64,000 bases of DNA, taken from positions 15,812,001 through 15,876,000 of the forward strand of contig NC_087245.1 of NCBI RefSeq assembly GCF_037042905.1. The letters run 5' to 3'. Under the pieces are notes generated by a model, which worked only from the letters and a program-made list of their open reading frames with translations, searched no databases and had not been told where the DNA came from. How positions within the stretch are numbered: position 1 is the first letter of the stretch; each line of letters begins with the position of its first letter. A program made the position numbers and the translations under genes. Positions 13,586 through 24,911 of this stretch are shown here, in pieces. The stretch comes from Lytechinus pictus (Eukaryota).

Positions 13586-16500
13586 TACTACTACTTCTAC
13601 TACTACTACTTCTACTACTACTACTTCTACTACTACTACTTATACTACTACTAATGATAATAATAACAATAATATTTTTTATAATAGTTTTTATGTTGTT
13701 GAACACTAATAGTTTTAACGCATTTTTGTGTTAGGCAAAGGCCACACTTTTGATGTTACATCACTTTTCTGGTGTAGCCATATATATATATGGATATCGG
13801 ACTAAGGCAGGTGTCAAAAATAACACCTGGTTTTAGCGGCGTTGATTTTAAAGACTATACACGTGTTGTAAATATCCTTATTTGGAAACAATGTGTTCAA
13901 ATGATATGGAGCGAAGCTTAACCCTAGACTGTCACTCTGAAAGCAATACGCTTTTTAAGGAAAATTCTAAATGAAAAACCCCAATAAAATATGATTTTTT
14001 GCTACTATTTGGAATTCCTTAGATGACAAAGCATGAGCAACTCACCTTGAGTTTCCAGGCTTGGTCTCCATATAATGGTGCCGGCCAGCATGACATCACT
14101 TTAGATTTCCTGTCCGGGGAGTCTAACAGATCAACTTGAAAAACCACTGCTGACGTAATACACAGGACACATGGAAGCAACCAACCACCCGCTGCCAAAA
14201 GCGTCGACCTTTTACCTGCATGAGTATTTAAGAAAGTTAAGCAGTTTTAGAGCATAGTCTACCAAACATATTTTATGAAAAGCAGAATTACATGTACGCA
14301 ACGTGGAGAGCCTGGTCCACCGATTTTTTAATAAAATGTTTACGATCGGGATAAAATTGAGATTTAGGAGAAACTGTAATCTGCTGAAATTATTCGCCGA
14401 GCACTTTTCCGTCTAACATTGTCTAATATGTTGTTCTGATTTCCTGTGAGTTCTGCATATTTTTGTAAGAATACCATCATAAAACGATATAAAAAAACGC
14501 ACATTGTATTTTTCCTCGTTTTGCCCTCGTCCGAATTTCAATTATTCATTCAATCACTTCCTTGCCGCTCAAAATATCTGTGCATTAACTTGACAAAAAA
14601 TAAATAAAACACGAAAATTAAAATGAGAAACAATTGATTTTTTATTACCGCTGCCTGTGAAATCCATGGGGAAAACTATAGCAAAGAATCGATCAAAGCT
14701 CAATGCTACAAGCTGGTACGATGACGCTAGCACGACGTAGGCCTGTGAATTGAAGCATATATTATATGTTAAAAAACATCGGCCATTTATATAAACATCC
14801 GATTTCATTGGGCTTAAAAAAGCATGATCATAATTCCATTATGAAAGATTTAAGAATAATTTACGAAGATTTGAGGTATTTGGTCTTACAGCTGGAATAA
14901 TGTGCAACATCAGCCAGACAGCCAGTATCATGAAGCAGACTGGTAATAATCATGATAATCATTGGCATTCTTGCTAAGTGATAGGTAACTTTGAAATTAT
15001 TATCATTGAAATACATGAATTTTGAAAAAGAAAGCAACAACTATATCTTTTTTCATTCCTCTTTATTAAACACGTCATCATTCGAGAAAATATTAGACGT
15101 TGGACTGACCTTAAATTTTGTTGATATATTTTTATGTTCAAAATTGACATCTGAAAAAATTATATTATGCTCCTATACTATATAGTTATTTCTATCTGAA
15201 CACAATTACATGTATAACGTCAAAGGATGAAAAGGTCTGCTATTAATCCTGAATTGGACCTGTCGTTATCAGTAGATAATACGGACACAAAGTCACTATA
15301 TTTAAAGTACTTGACGATGGCAGGGGGACGGTGTGCCATTTCCCCTTCTTTGAAGAGGAACAGAACTTTGGGTTATCATTAATATCAGTAACATTTGGAT
15401 TCAGTGATTTGGCCCTCCCATTCTAATATAATTATAATCAATAGTAATTATTTGCCCCCATATGATGTTCCAGCCCTCCCGGGTTATACCAGCTCCTCAG
15501 AGATTTCGGTATGGTAATTTTGTGAAATTTTGACTATCTGACTTACTTGGACATATCGATACAATTTACATGCTATGTCACCTCCTGTGAACTCTGGCGT
15601 CTGTCGATCGATTATATCAAGACCAACGCTGAAAAGACCAACGCAGATATCTGAGACAGGGGGAGAGAGAAGGAGAATAATCATTTGCAATTCATTAAAC
15701 AAGTAAACTACAAGCATAAATAATATATGTAACATATAATAATATAACATATATTTACAATTTTGCCTCCACAACAAATAGCTTGATATTTAACATGACC
15801 TCCTTTTAATATGTGGGAAGTGCAGTCAGATTTAGAAACAAACATTTTTATTTACCATACGTTCTTTAGCGATCTAATCTTGTCAGGATGGTATCCTTAA
15901 TGTTCAAGAACCATGAAAAACAATATACCGCCCCCTATATAGAGAAGACAAGCCAACAAGTGGCACGGTTTGATTCACAACTTCATATCTTATGAAGATA
16001 TTGTTTGCTGATTAGGCCAATATACATTATACATTATAAACATATATATACGGCACCCTGATTGGGTATAAGTAGCCTGCTATTTACAAAATTTGCTTAT
16101 TTGCCTGAAGACAAGAACACACTTGTCAAAACGTCAAGTTTAGGTGGTCCTTGTCAGGACCCAACATAATGCCCACAGATGAATACATGGTATATTGTGA
16201 AGCCTGTCCATATATATTCATATAAGTATATATATTATCGATAAAGCAAACTCAATAAACCTACGAAATTTTTCTCAGCCAGCACAATACAAACCAATGC
16301 CCAATCTGAATCATTTGGCATACCGCCATCTACAGGTATCTTAGTACCAACGTTGTGAAACCCGACTTCTGACAAACATAGTACTTACATATCTACCGTC
16401 GATATCAAAACACAAATCGGAAAAAGTTAATTAAAATTTTACCCAACCATATTCAAAATCTAAGCATATCAAATGTAGGTGTATGGTTTCTTAACCGAAT

Positions 16501-17615
16501 ACTTAGGCGGCTATACTAACCGGCTATATCACGTGGTCAAACGAATTTAGTTTCATTCGGCATTAAGAAGTACACCGCTCTTTTTGAAAAGTATTCGGTT
16601 TCACTGGAATCTTACCCGCAACGGCGAGATTAGTGATGAAGAAGTTGAGCCTGGATTTCTTGTGCCGTACCAGCCATAATGCAATGAGGACAATACCGTT
16701 ACCGACTATGATAAGCGTAAAGAGGATCCATAGTATGGCAAGCTGGATGTGCTGTTTAAAGGATGACATGATAAGCAACACAATTGATTTTTTTTTTTAA
16801 TTAATAATAGAAAATCAATACAAGGAATTTCATGGAAAGCTACACCTTTCGTATTGTAAAGCAGAAAAGTGGTTTGAAAAATACCCTTTGGCATTTATTT
16901 CTGTATCTGAGAAGGGTTTAATAATACTTGTAATGGAAAAAATAACTAGCGAATGTGAAATTGAGAAGTATGAAAAGGAACACACTTTTGGTGATATATA
17001 AAAATGTGTCTAAATTCAATCATTAGCATGCACTTTGTCTTTTGCAAAAGGTTATCATAAATGCCTTGGGTATTCATATTCCGGAATACATATTGCAGTT
17101 CCTAGTGCTTACAAGATAGTAGAAAAACATGAAACATAAAACTGCAAACAAGTAAAAACATATAGAAAAATTATTTCTGGTTAAAGGCAACTTTATTTTA
17201 TGGAAACACCCATGTTTGTTTACGTACAGCATTAAAATATGTCATTATTTTGGTTTTTATTACTGAAGTGAATCCCATAGTCAATCAGTAACGTTTATGT
17301 GAAATATCTTGCGGAGGTTTTGCGAAAAAGTGGCTTTAAGAAGTGTTAATGCGTTTTCAGATATGTTTATCTACTAAGTTTATAGTGAAAGAAGTTTCAA
17401 ATATCTGCCTGGCAAAGACATGACACAATTCGTAAGTTATTTGTTAATCCAAGATTTGAAAAAAAGTAAACAAATAAAAGAAATACTAAACTTACTTTGT
17501 CAAGTGACCACCTGTCAACAATGCCATTACCAGTGTAATTATCTGGCCAAGAATTGGTAAAGTTTAGGGCTTCTGTTGTCATGACCTCGGGGTCAAAGTT
17601 CACCTGTGTCGTCAT
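9275..17615 (-). CDS. NPSR1-like (NGFFFaR): Neuropeptide S/CCAP-type GPCR, probable NG-peptide (NGFFFamide) receptor; spliced CDS complement(join(9275..9506,10553..10736,12407..12529,12876..13029,14046..14215,14649..14742,15547..15650,16616..16751,17496..17615)), 438 aa
   Basis: Nine exons join in frame (120+136+104+94+170+154+123+184+232=1317 nt) with canonical GT/AG ends. Seven TM segments with class A motifs: GN (TM1), NLAVAD (TM2), C3.25 plus ECL2 SCWP, SFDRF (TM3), W4.50, FYIP (TM5), CFLPF (TM6), NSATNPFIY (TM7). ICL1 KKSRLNFFITNLA and ICL3 RASSRGLIPKAKVKTIKMT are typical of NPS/CCAP receptors. The NGFFFamide assignment rests on recalled similarity to the Strongylocentrotus receptor, not a database search. 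Confidence 0.92.
10306..10368 (-). mobile_element. 3' tail remnant of a LINE/SINE (stem-loop plus (TTA)n tail)
   Basis: Minus strand GCGCTTAgaaactgttgtatTAAGCGC hairpin, then atataaatgttaa(TTA)n, as in CR1/L2-type 3' ends. Confidence 0.5.
10553..10736 (-). CDS. NPSR1-like (NGFFFaR): Receptor coding exon 8 (TM6-ECL3-TM7: AYICCFLPF...NSATNPFIYGIFSTNVCKEL)
   Basis: CAG acceptor at 10737; donor AG|GTAAA at 10552; 184 nt; NPxxY motif. Confidence 0.93.
10804..11042. mobile_element. CACTA-like MITE in receptor intron 7
   Basis: cacttaaaatgttgggcaa...ttgcccaacctttttaagagtg inverted ends; internal inverted gggcaacatactgtccac / gtggacaatatgttgccc. Confidence 0.6.
11140..12094 (+). mobile_element. Helentron/DINE-1-like non-autonomous element with internal ~163-bp tandem repeats (receptor intron 7)
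   Basis: Asymmetric subterminal inverted repeat GTCTCACCTGCAT (~11162) / ATGCAGGTGAGAC (~12078); unit marker gatgttcagt at 11231, 11394, 11556, 11719, 11911; (GCC)n near one end; ends in A-runs with no TSD; second copy at 6604-7335. Superfamily assignment is by architecture only. Confidence 0.75.
12407..12529 (-). CDS. NPSR1-like (NGFFFaR): Receptor coding exon 7 (ICL3-start of TM6: VAYEGLSK...RASSRGLIPKAKVKTIKMTICIVL); absent from the ORF track
   Basis: Hand translation; pyrimidine tract and CAG acceptor at 12530; donor G|GTAAGT at 12406; 123 nt. Confidence 0.92.
12876..13029 (-). CDS. NPSR1-like (NGFFFaR): Receptor coding exon 6 (TM5-ICL3: VYSMYVISSFFYIPLILITFCY...KNSNRD)
   Basis: CAG acceptor at 13030; donor G|GTAAG at 12875; 154 nt. 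Confidence 0.93.
13170..13653. repeat. (TAC)n compound microsatellite in receptor intron 5
   Basis: ~480 bp of TAC triplets with interruptions, including a duplicated ~75-bp block. Confidence 0.97.
14046..14215 (-). CDS. NPSR1-like (NGFFFaR): Receptor coding exon 5 (TM4-ECL2: GKRSTLLAAGGWLLPCVL...MSCWPAPLYGDQAWKLK); absent from the ORF track
   Basis: Hand translation; CAG acceptor at 14216; donor AAG|GTGAG at 14045; 170 nt keeps the frame. Confidence 0.9.
14649..14742 (-). CDS. NPSR1-like (NGFFFaR): Receptor coding exon 4 (TM3 with DRF motif: AYVVLASSYQLVALSFDRFFAIVFPMDFTGS)
   Basis: CAG acceptor at 14743; donor G|GTAAT at 14648; 94 nt. Confidence 0.93.
15547..15650 (-). CDS. NPSR1-like (NGFFFaR): Receptor coding exon 3 (TM2-ECL1-start of TM3: DICVGLF...ACKLYRYVQ)
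   Basis: Pyrimidine tract and CAG acceptor at 15651; donor GTAAGT at 15546; 104 nt. Confidence 0.93.
16616..16751 (-). CDS. NPSR1-like (NGFFFaR): Receptor coding exon 2 (TM1-ICL1-start of TM2: HIQLAILWILF...NLAVA)
   Basis: Acceptor tttaaacAG at 16752; donor G|GTAAG at 16615; 136 nt, ends phase 1. Confidence 0.93.
17496..17615 (-). CDS. NPSR1-like (NGFFFaR): Receptor coding exon 1 (N-terminus MTTQVNFDPE...DRWSLDK, two N-glycosylation sequons NFT and NYT)
   Basis: ATG at 17615 in good context (ccACGATGa); donor AAA|GTAAG at 17495; phase 0 joins exon 2. Confidence 0.85.
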
Positions 17616-20111
17616 CGTGGAATAAGACAATTCACTTGTCCTAGGTTCAGAAGGAGAATGCTGCCTTTTACGCTTTAAGCTATTAGGAAAATAACAGATA
17701 AACCAAATTATATCAAATCAACGAGTGCTTTGTGAGATACAAGTGGATTTATATAGTTTTCATTTATCTTTCATTTATTTTCAAAATTGTAATTGTATAG
17801 ATTTTCAGGCATGATCTGGAAAATAAAGAAATATAAATATAAATAAAAAGAGACGAGGAGGGGGGTAGTCATATTCATGTTGTTTATTTGATTCAGGCAG
17901 TCATCAAATTCAGAATTATATTACCAAGAAAAATATCCTTCACTTGATATACAAGTGTATTCCATATCCCTCATTTTGTTTGGAATGCTTTAAAGTGATG
18001 ATTCTCCCGCCATTCCTCTTTTTCAATAGTATGAATAGTGTGAATAAAGAGTGTATTTTGATTGAAAAAATTTGTAATTCTGTAGTGTGATCTATGGATC
18101 AGGTAAAGCATTACCCCATATTCACTTCAGATTCACTATAAAATGGAAAATTAATCTGAAGATATCACAATTCTTCATTCTGCATGTATTTTATTATAAC
18201 AAACTATTACGGAATATCAATATCTCATATAGATGTGGCTGGTGATGAAGAAAATGTCAAACTTTTGATTGAAATCTTCATGAACAGTCACAAATTGAAT
18301 ATGGATAGATTCGTAATAAGGTGAACATTTATAAACCCTTACCTATCCGATGATAAAATGGCAGTACAGTCTTATTTCTGATTTTGTTGCGTACAAGAAG
18401 TTCTCAAAGATTGTGATACGGCCTTTATTTCCAGTCAAACAGTTGCTTGTCAGATGAAATCTAATATATATCCAAGTTGTCCCTGCTTTTTTACTCCGTC
18501 GAAAGTAAATTAAGAAAAATGTACAACCAATGATCTTGTCATTCGTTAAAAGTAAAACACGATTGAACGATTTCTGCTCCTTGGATAAATACCAAATCAT
18601 AAAATAGTCTTTTATGAAACACTGCCGATATCTCTCATGCAAGATTTCTTTACCAACACAACCTGCGGCACACGTCTGTCATCCGCGCGTCCAATTCTCG
18701 TACAACTGTCGCAAGTGGGTGTTCACGTCAAAATCGTGATCGATGTGACAACGGGAGAAATTTGATTACCATCGAATACACGCTTCTTTATAATCTAGGA
18801 CATCGCAATCGAATTCTACAACAATCGGGTTTTTCTTCTCTGATTTGTTATTGTTCTCGTATCGCAGATGTCCACTTCGTCCTTAGGGATGTATCATATG
18901 AAGAACATCTTTGCTCAGGAATTAAGTATCATCTTAAAGAGATAGAGTTTGGAGATCCTGGTCGCCCCTGGACACCAACAGAATCTGTAGTTAAAGAAAT
19001 AAATAGAAGTCAGGTGATCACTCGAATCGAAATAAATTGGTTTGGGGGTAAACAATTTAATGGGATAATCCGTACTATGAGTGATAATAGTTTTCGTTTT
19101 TTTTTCTTAAATTCTTACGATGATTGGTCGGAGTAACCAGTCTGTTGGTGACTATGTGTTAGACGATTAAACATGTTCATAATCAACCAAAATTAAGGTA
19201 TTCGTTGATTTTGATATTTTTTTGTAGGTCGGACAAAGTCATAAAGTGCATCGGCTATTTTACAATTCCTTCATAGGAAGTATGTTATGGTGTAATAAAT
19301 ATCAATTCATCATAAATATATTCGGGGTGTTTTTTTAGATAAACTATACAGACAAAAACTGCGGCAATTTGATATCAAACAGAAAACAAAAGATGTTAAA
19401 AAAATAACCATTCACATAGTGTGTATATGAAAGTATTTGTAAAGCATTGACTTTATTTCACACCATTTGCGTTGTAGGGCAGTTTTAAGAATGACACATT
19501 TACCAAAACTTCCCGATCCAGAAATTGTGTACTTTAATTAGAGCATGAATTTACAGCCTTGCACATACATGAGTAAAATGACATACGAGAATGGACGAAT
19601 AGATAAGAGGTGGTATGGTCGATAGCTATGGGAACTATGTGGGGGAGGGGGAGGGGTACGGCAGTACTGGCACCAGAATTTCATTTCGATAAAAAAACGA
19701 AGGATTAATTTTATTTTGAATAATAGAACGCCGATAGGAGTATTCTGTTGTTACTTTATTTTTTAAAGAATTATTCTGAAATCTCTTCGTTCCTTGAATA
19801 AACATTGTATCCTCATTTTATCTCTAGAAAAAAAACATAGGGGCAGTTGCCTCCGACCCGTCATAGCGCCTCCATCGGGTGGCTGCAGTAGAGATGTTTT
19901 TTGTCGAGGGATAGTCATAGATGTGATGACGTGTACGTCACTCACATTAAGGACTCTAATTGAACATCAATAAACAGCATGAAAATATCAGAGATTCTTA
20001 CCGAGGCAGAGATGAATGAGTTTAGGTTTAAGTAGATACCTCATTCAGTATTTCATTCCAACCCATTCATCGTTTGACAGAGAGGGGCGGGGGACTTGGA
20101 GTAATGTTAAT

Positions 20112-20312
20112 ATTCTCCTTCTATTTTTTTCCTTCTTCTTCTCCCTCGTCTTCGTCTTCCTCCTCTTATTCCCCCTCCTCCTCCTCATTATTTTACTTCC
20201 CTTTCCCAGGATAATCATTACTGCTTTCTAACACGTATATTAATACTATTATTCTGCTTCTCCTCCTCCTTCTTCTTCTTCTTCTTCCTCCTCTTCTTCT
20301 TCTTCTTCTTCG
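20112..20312. repeat. CT-rich / (TTC)n low-complexity tract
   Basis: (TTC)n and (TCC)n runs. Confidence 0.75.
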
Positions 20313-22201
20313 TCTATTATGTATTTCTTTATTTTGTATGTCCTATGCATATGTTACAATCTTAACCAGCAATTCACTCCCTTCTCCACATTGAAATCAT
20401 AATTATGTAAAGCTTACACTCTATTTTATTTTAACCGACCCAATTACCATGATTACTGTGAACCTACCAACATTGGTTTAAAAGATAAAATTCATTTTGC
20501 CTGCAAGTTTGTTTTAACCAAACGTTTGTAGGTTCTTATTTTATCAAAATTCCAACAAAATGATAATTATTCACAGAGGAATACATATTTGTGAACTACG
20601 TTGAATCGAATTGATTATTTTGTAAATGTTATCAGATAATTTATTTACACACAATTTATTAATGGGAAATGAGAAATCATATCTTTAAGAAATAATTATC
20701 ATCTGATGTGGGAATTGCTTTCATATTAAAAAAACATAAACAACAGGCAGCTAAATTAAGCCAACTAAACAATGAAACTTTCTTTCTTCATTATTTTGAC
20801 AAGACTCAGTCCTAGTGAAGTATAAGACAGTAGTTAGCAGTGATACCATATTCCAGGATTACACAGAATACACATTTATAGCCTCTTGGAAATGTCTGAG
20901 TGAGTCAAAATAATAAAGTGCAAGAAATTCTTAAACAGTTAGATTCAAGTCGGGTTATTGGTTTTCTGGAAGGGTTGAGATTGCATGTAAATCAGTGCAG
21001 GATTCAAAATTGACTCTTTCAAGCTTTACCTTAGCTATACTACCTAAAAAAAAAATCGGTGAAGGAATTCCCTCGAGTATACCCCGTACACTATCCAAGC
21101 TCGTGGATTCTCTTCCGGTTGACATTCGATCCCACTCTCCATGTTTACTTTCAAAACGCGACAGTTTATGCCACGCTTTGCGTATAAACAACCAGCCATC
21201 CCCATTTCTCGTCACCCCTATTCGGAGGCTGTAATGATTTCTGGCCGACCTAAAACGCGCTCATTTAGGGCAACACCTCACCACCCACCGCAACGTGTAC
21301 GATAATTGATTGCGGTTATCCTTGTCACATAACCCAAAATGTAACCCGTCAACGCTGCTAAAATGGATGACAATATCCGATACCGTGCCCGGGTAACATC
21401 ATCCGGCGTTGACTCTGGTGGAATATTCAAAATAAAATTCCTGCAAGAATTATTATTTCTGAAAAAAAAGGCTGGGGGAAACCGTTTTTAGGTTGTTCTC
21501 TAGTATAGGACAGAGAATAACCGTAAAATATCGTCATAAACCTATTTTTTTTAAATCATAATTTGTTATTTGTCATTGATTGATATTGACATTGGTCCGT
21601 TGATCAGTTGTGGGTACAGATTCAACACTTCTACAAATATAGAGCATTTGATGATGCCCTGAAATGTACAACCATGAATAAGAATGGAAAAAAAAAAGCA
21701 AACAAAAAGAAAAACAACAAAACAAAAACCTTCCCTTCAAAATGGAGGAGAGCAAACAATCAACTGCATTTAGTTTTCGACCTGATTTTTTTAAAGGGGA
21801 TTTTTTTTTCTTTCGTCATTCATAACTGATCGACAGTTATTGTTCTTGGCTCATGCTCTGACCTATTATAAATAGCCAAAGGGTATATGAAGTTACTGAA
21901 GCTGCAACATATGTCTACTTCTGATTTTAATTGAGCAGTTGAAAAGTACATCATCGCTTTTTGCGTCATCGTTCGATGGAGATGAAATATTGTAAAGACT
22001 GTCCAATAAATAAACACAATTTATCAATTTTTTAAATAATAATAATTGCTTGACTTTTGATATAGCGTCTCACTGACCGAGGGGACAACATATTTGAGAT
22101 CAGATGTCATGCATTAGAGTCTTAAATCTTAAGAGAAAAGTATCACCCTGCCGTAAAATTGGTTTTGACAAAGAAATAAAACGTGTTAATGAAGAGCAGG
22201 C

Positions 22202-22490
22202 GGTATTCTGTGCAATGATGTAAATTTTGATTTGCGCCAAAGTAAGGCATGACTGCAATAAATGAATCGAGATATCAATGATATCATAACATCCATTTCA
22301 AAACATTTTTCAATAATTTACATTATAATTGTTTTATAATCAATTCTCAAGTTATTTTCATTGAAAAGGGATTTGCAAATGTGTTTACTAACTCATGTAG
22401 GATTATGACATCATTGGCATCTCGATTCAGTTACTGCAGTCATGTCATACTTTGGCGCAAGTCAAAATGTACATCACTGCAAAGAATACC
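22202..22490. mobile_element. MITE with ~88-bp terminal inverted repeats
   Basis: ggtattctgtgcaatgatgtaaattttgatttgcgccaaagta... mirrors ...tactttggcgcaagtcaaaatgtacatcactgcaaagaatacc. Confidence 0.75.
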
Positions 22491-22574
22491 TATTGATTAT
22501 ATCCAAGCGTTAGGCAATACCATATAAATATGGTATCAAATTAATTGGGAGAAAATAGTCTTTCCAGCCATATA

Positions 22575-23381
22575 CAGTGCGTCCCAGAAAAAACGAAACC
22601 GAGATTAAGCGACGATTTATCATAACTTAATCACAAATACAATAGACAAATGACCTACCAATGTAAAGCTTAGAATATCCTCTTTCATTTGCTATAACTT
22701 AGATTATTCCTCAGTGAGCAAAAACAATTTGAGGAAAGGATACCAAAAACTCATTTGGCGGGGGGTATCTGAATTTCAAAAAGAAAATCACATGCCAAAA
22801 AGTTCAATATCTGCTCTTTCATTTGATACCTTAATCACAAAAAATGGTCACGAGTTAAAAAAGTTATGTTCCCTCGAAACAATGCTTGTATTTCCATAAT
22901 TTCATGAAATAAACGTGTTTTCACCGGTTTCCATAGAAGCTATCGCATGGTTAACAAAAGACTTAATGCATGGCTGATCGTCAACAAAACGGAGTGTCGA
23001 GTGAGTTTGAACGCTAGCCTGTAAAACCTCTTCATTTTATGAAATTATTGAAAATTAAGCCTTATTTAAAATAACCAGAACTTTGTTTTTTCTTGACCAT
23101 TTTCTGTAAATGAGGTATCAAATTAAAGAGCAGATATTGAACTTTTTAAAAATGTGGTTTTCTTTTTGAAACTCAGATACAGCCAGCCAAATGACTTTTT
23201 GGTATCCCCTCTTCAAATTGTTTTTGCTCACTCATGCGTGAATGAGAAATAATCTAGGTACTTTCAGATGAAAGAGAAGATTCTAAGCTTTACAATGGTA
23301 GGTCATTTGTCTATTGTGTTTGTGATTAAGTTATGATAAATCATCGATAAATCTCGGTTTTGTTTTTTGTGGGACGCACTG
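22575..23381. mobile_element. Tc1/mariner-type MITE (807 bp) with ~290-bp terminal inverted repeats
   Basis: TA|CAGTGCGTCCCA...TGGGACGCACTG|TA; arms stay complementary to ~22865 / ~23080. Confidence 0.9.
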
Positions 23382-24129
23382 TATAACGATTATAGGTTTA
23401 TGACATATTTGTTTCCTTGTAATTGGGATTTGTGAAGTGTCAAGTTTTTTTTTTACTCACACGGTAGATACAATACAATGCAGTTGCTCTGTAAAAATGT
23501 TATTTCTTCACATGTTTATTAAAAATATGATTAGACACATTATTTCCTTCACGATTGTTAGTATTTCACTCATCATGATTTTTTTTGAAATGTAGAATAA
23601 TGGAGTTTATATTGCATGAAAGAATGGTATGCTTATGTGATGCAGAAAATACAAACTTAGAAAATATATAGTTCTGTTATTTCTAATGTCCTTTGATGAC
23701 CTTTTGTCACACTTTCATTATTTTTATTGTGTTTGAAAACAACTTGACGACAGGACTCATTTTTAATTATCCAAGAATTTACATAAATAAGATAATGATG
23801 CAAAAAAGTCAAAAGATAGGAAGCAGTCTCACATGCAGCGATTTCAGTAACTAATTCTTCATAAGATCATTCAACAAAAATTATAGATTTTTTTTCAAAT
23901 GGTGTTAATCCTTTTCCTTTCATTCCTACTTTCATCCGACTTCAGGAGTTAAATGAGCAATACAACTTCTCCAAAATAAAAGAAGGCATATACTAAATTA
24001 TATTGATTACGGGCACGAAATCAATTATTAAATACAGTTATAGGGTTCTGAAATTTCTTCAAAGTTGGATATCTGTACTGTTGTTATTTCTTGTAACTAT
24101 CATTACTATTTTTATTGTTGGTCTCATTT

Positions 24130-24164
24130 TAGTAGTAGTTGTAGTAGTAGTAGCAATAGTAGTA

Positions 24165-24237
<73 letters not shown>

Positions 24238-24297
24238 TAGCAGTAGAAGTAGCAGCAGTAGTAGTAGCGGTAGTAGTTGTTGTAGTAGTAGTAGTAT

Positions 24298-24375
<78 letters not shown>

Positions 24376-24455
24376 AAGTAGTAGTAGAAGTAGTAGTAGT
24401 AGTGGTAGTAGTAGTAGTAGTAATAGTAGCAGCAACAGTAGTAGTAGTAGCAGCA
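24130..24455. repeat. (GTA)n/(GCA)n compound microsatellite
   Basis: ~325 bp of GTA triplets. Confidence 0.97.
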
Positions 24456-24911
24456 ATGTTGTATGTAAATTTTATCACCATTATCATCACGATAATTATA
24501 ATTTCATCATTGATTGTTGTCGATATCACCCCTTACGGTAAGTGTTTATTGACCATGGACTTGTTATCGAGTACTGTGAAAACAGGTCCACAGGTGAAAG
24601 TCATAATAGAACGCACCTGGCAATCGAACTGATGATATTGGGAGGAACCGTCTTCTTCTCTCATTCATCTCTTTTAATAGATTCATTGAAAACCTCTTGT
24701 GTGGTTTATCGTGTCTCTGGTTACTTTTTAACTAGGGGTGATCAGAGATGAAAGAGGGTAAACGCTGCTTGTGATGGGTGGGTATCTCGCCTTGTCTCAT
24801 ATTGTTAAGAACATGTAATTCACCCAGCGCTGCAAAGGTGATCAATACTAACTGTGTTCGCTTACGTGGAAGCTTGGCGGTCGTTACGTCCACTCGGAGT
24901 ATATATTCCTA

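Noticed and set aside
13137..13706. Poly-S/V/Y ORFs
   Set aside because: Translations of the intronic (TAC)n microsatellite
24003..24632. Poly-V/T/S/L ORFs up to 209 aa (mucin-like appearance)
   Set aside because: Translations of the (GTA)n microsatellite, open in several frames on both strands
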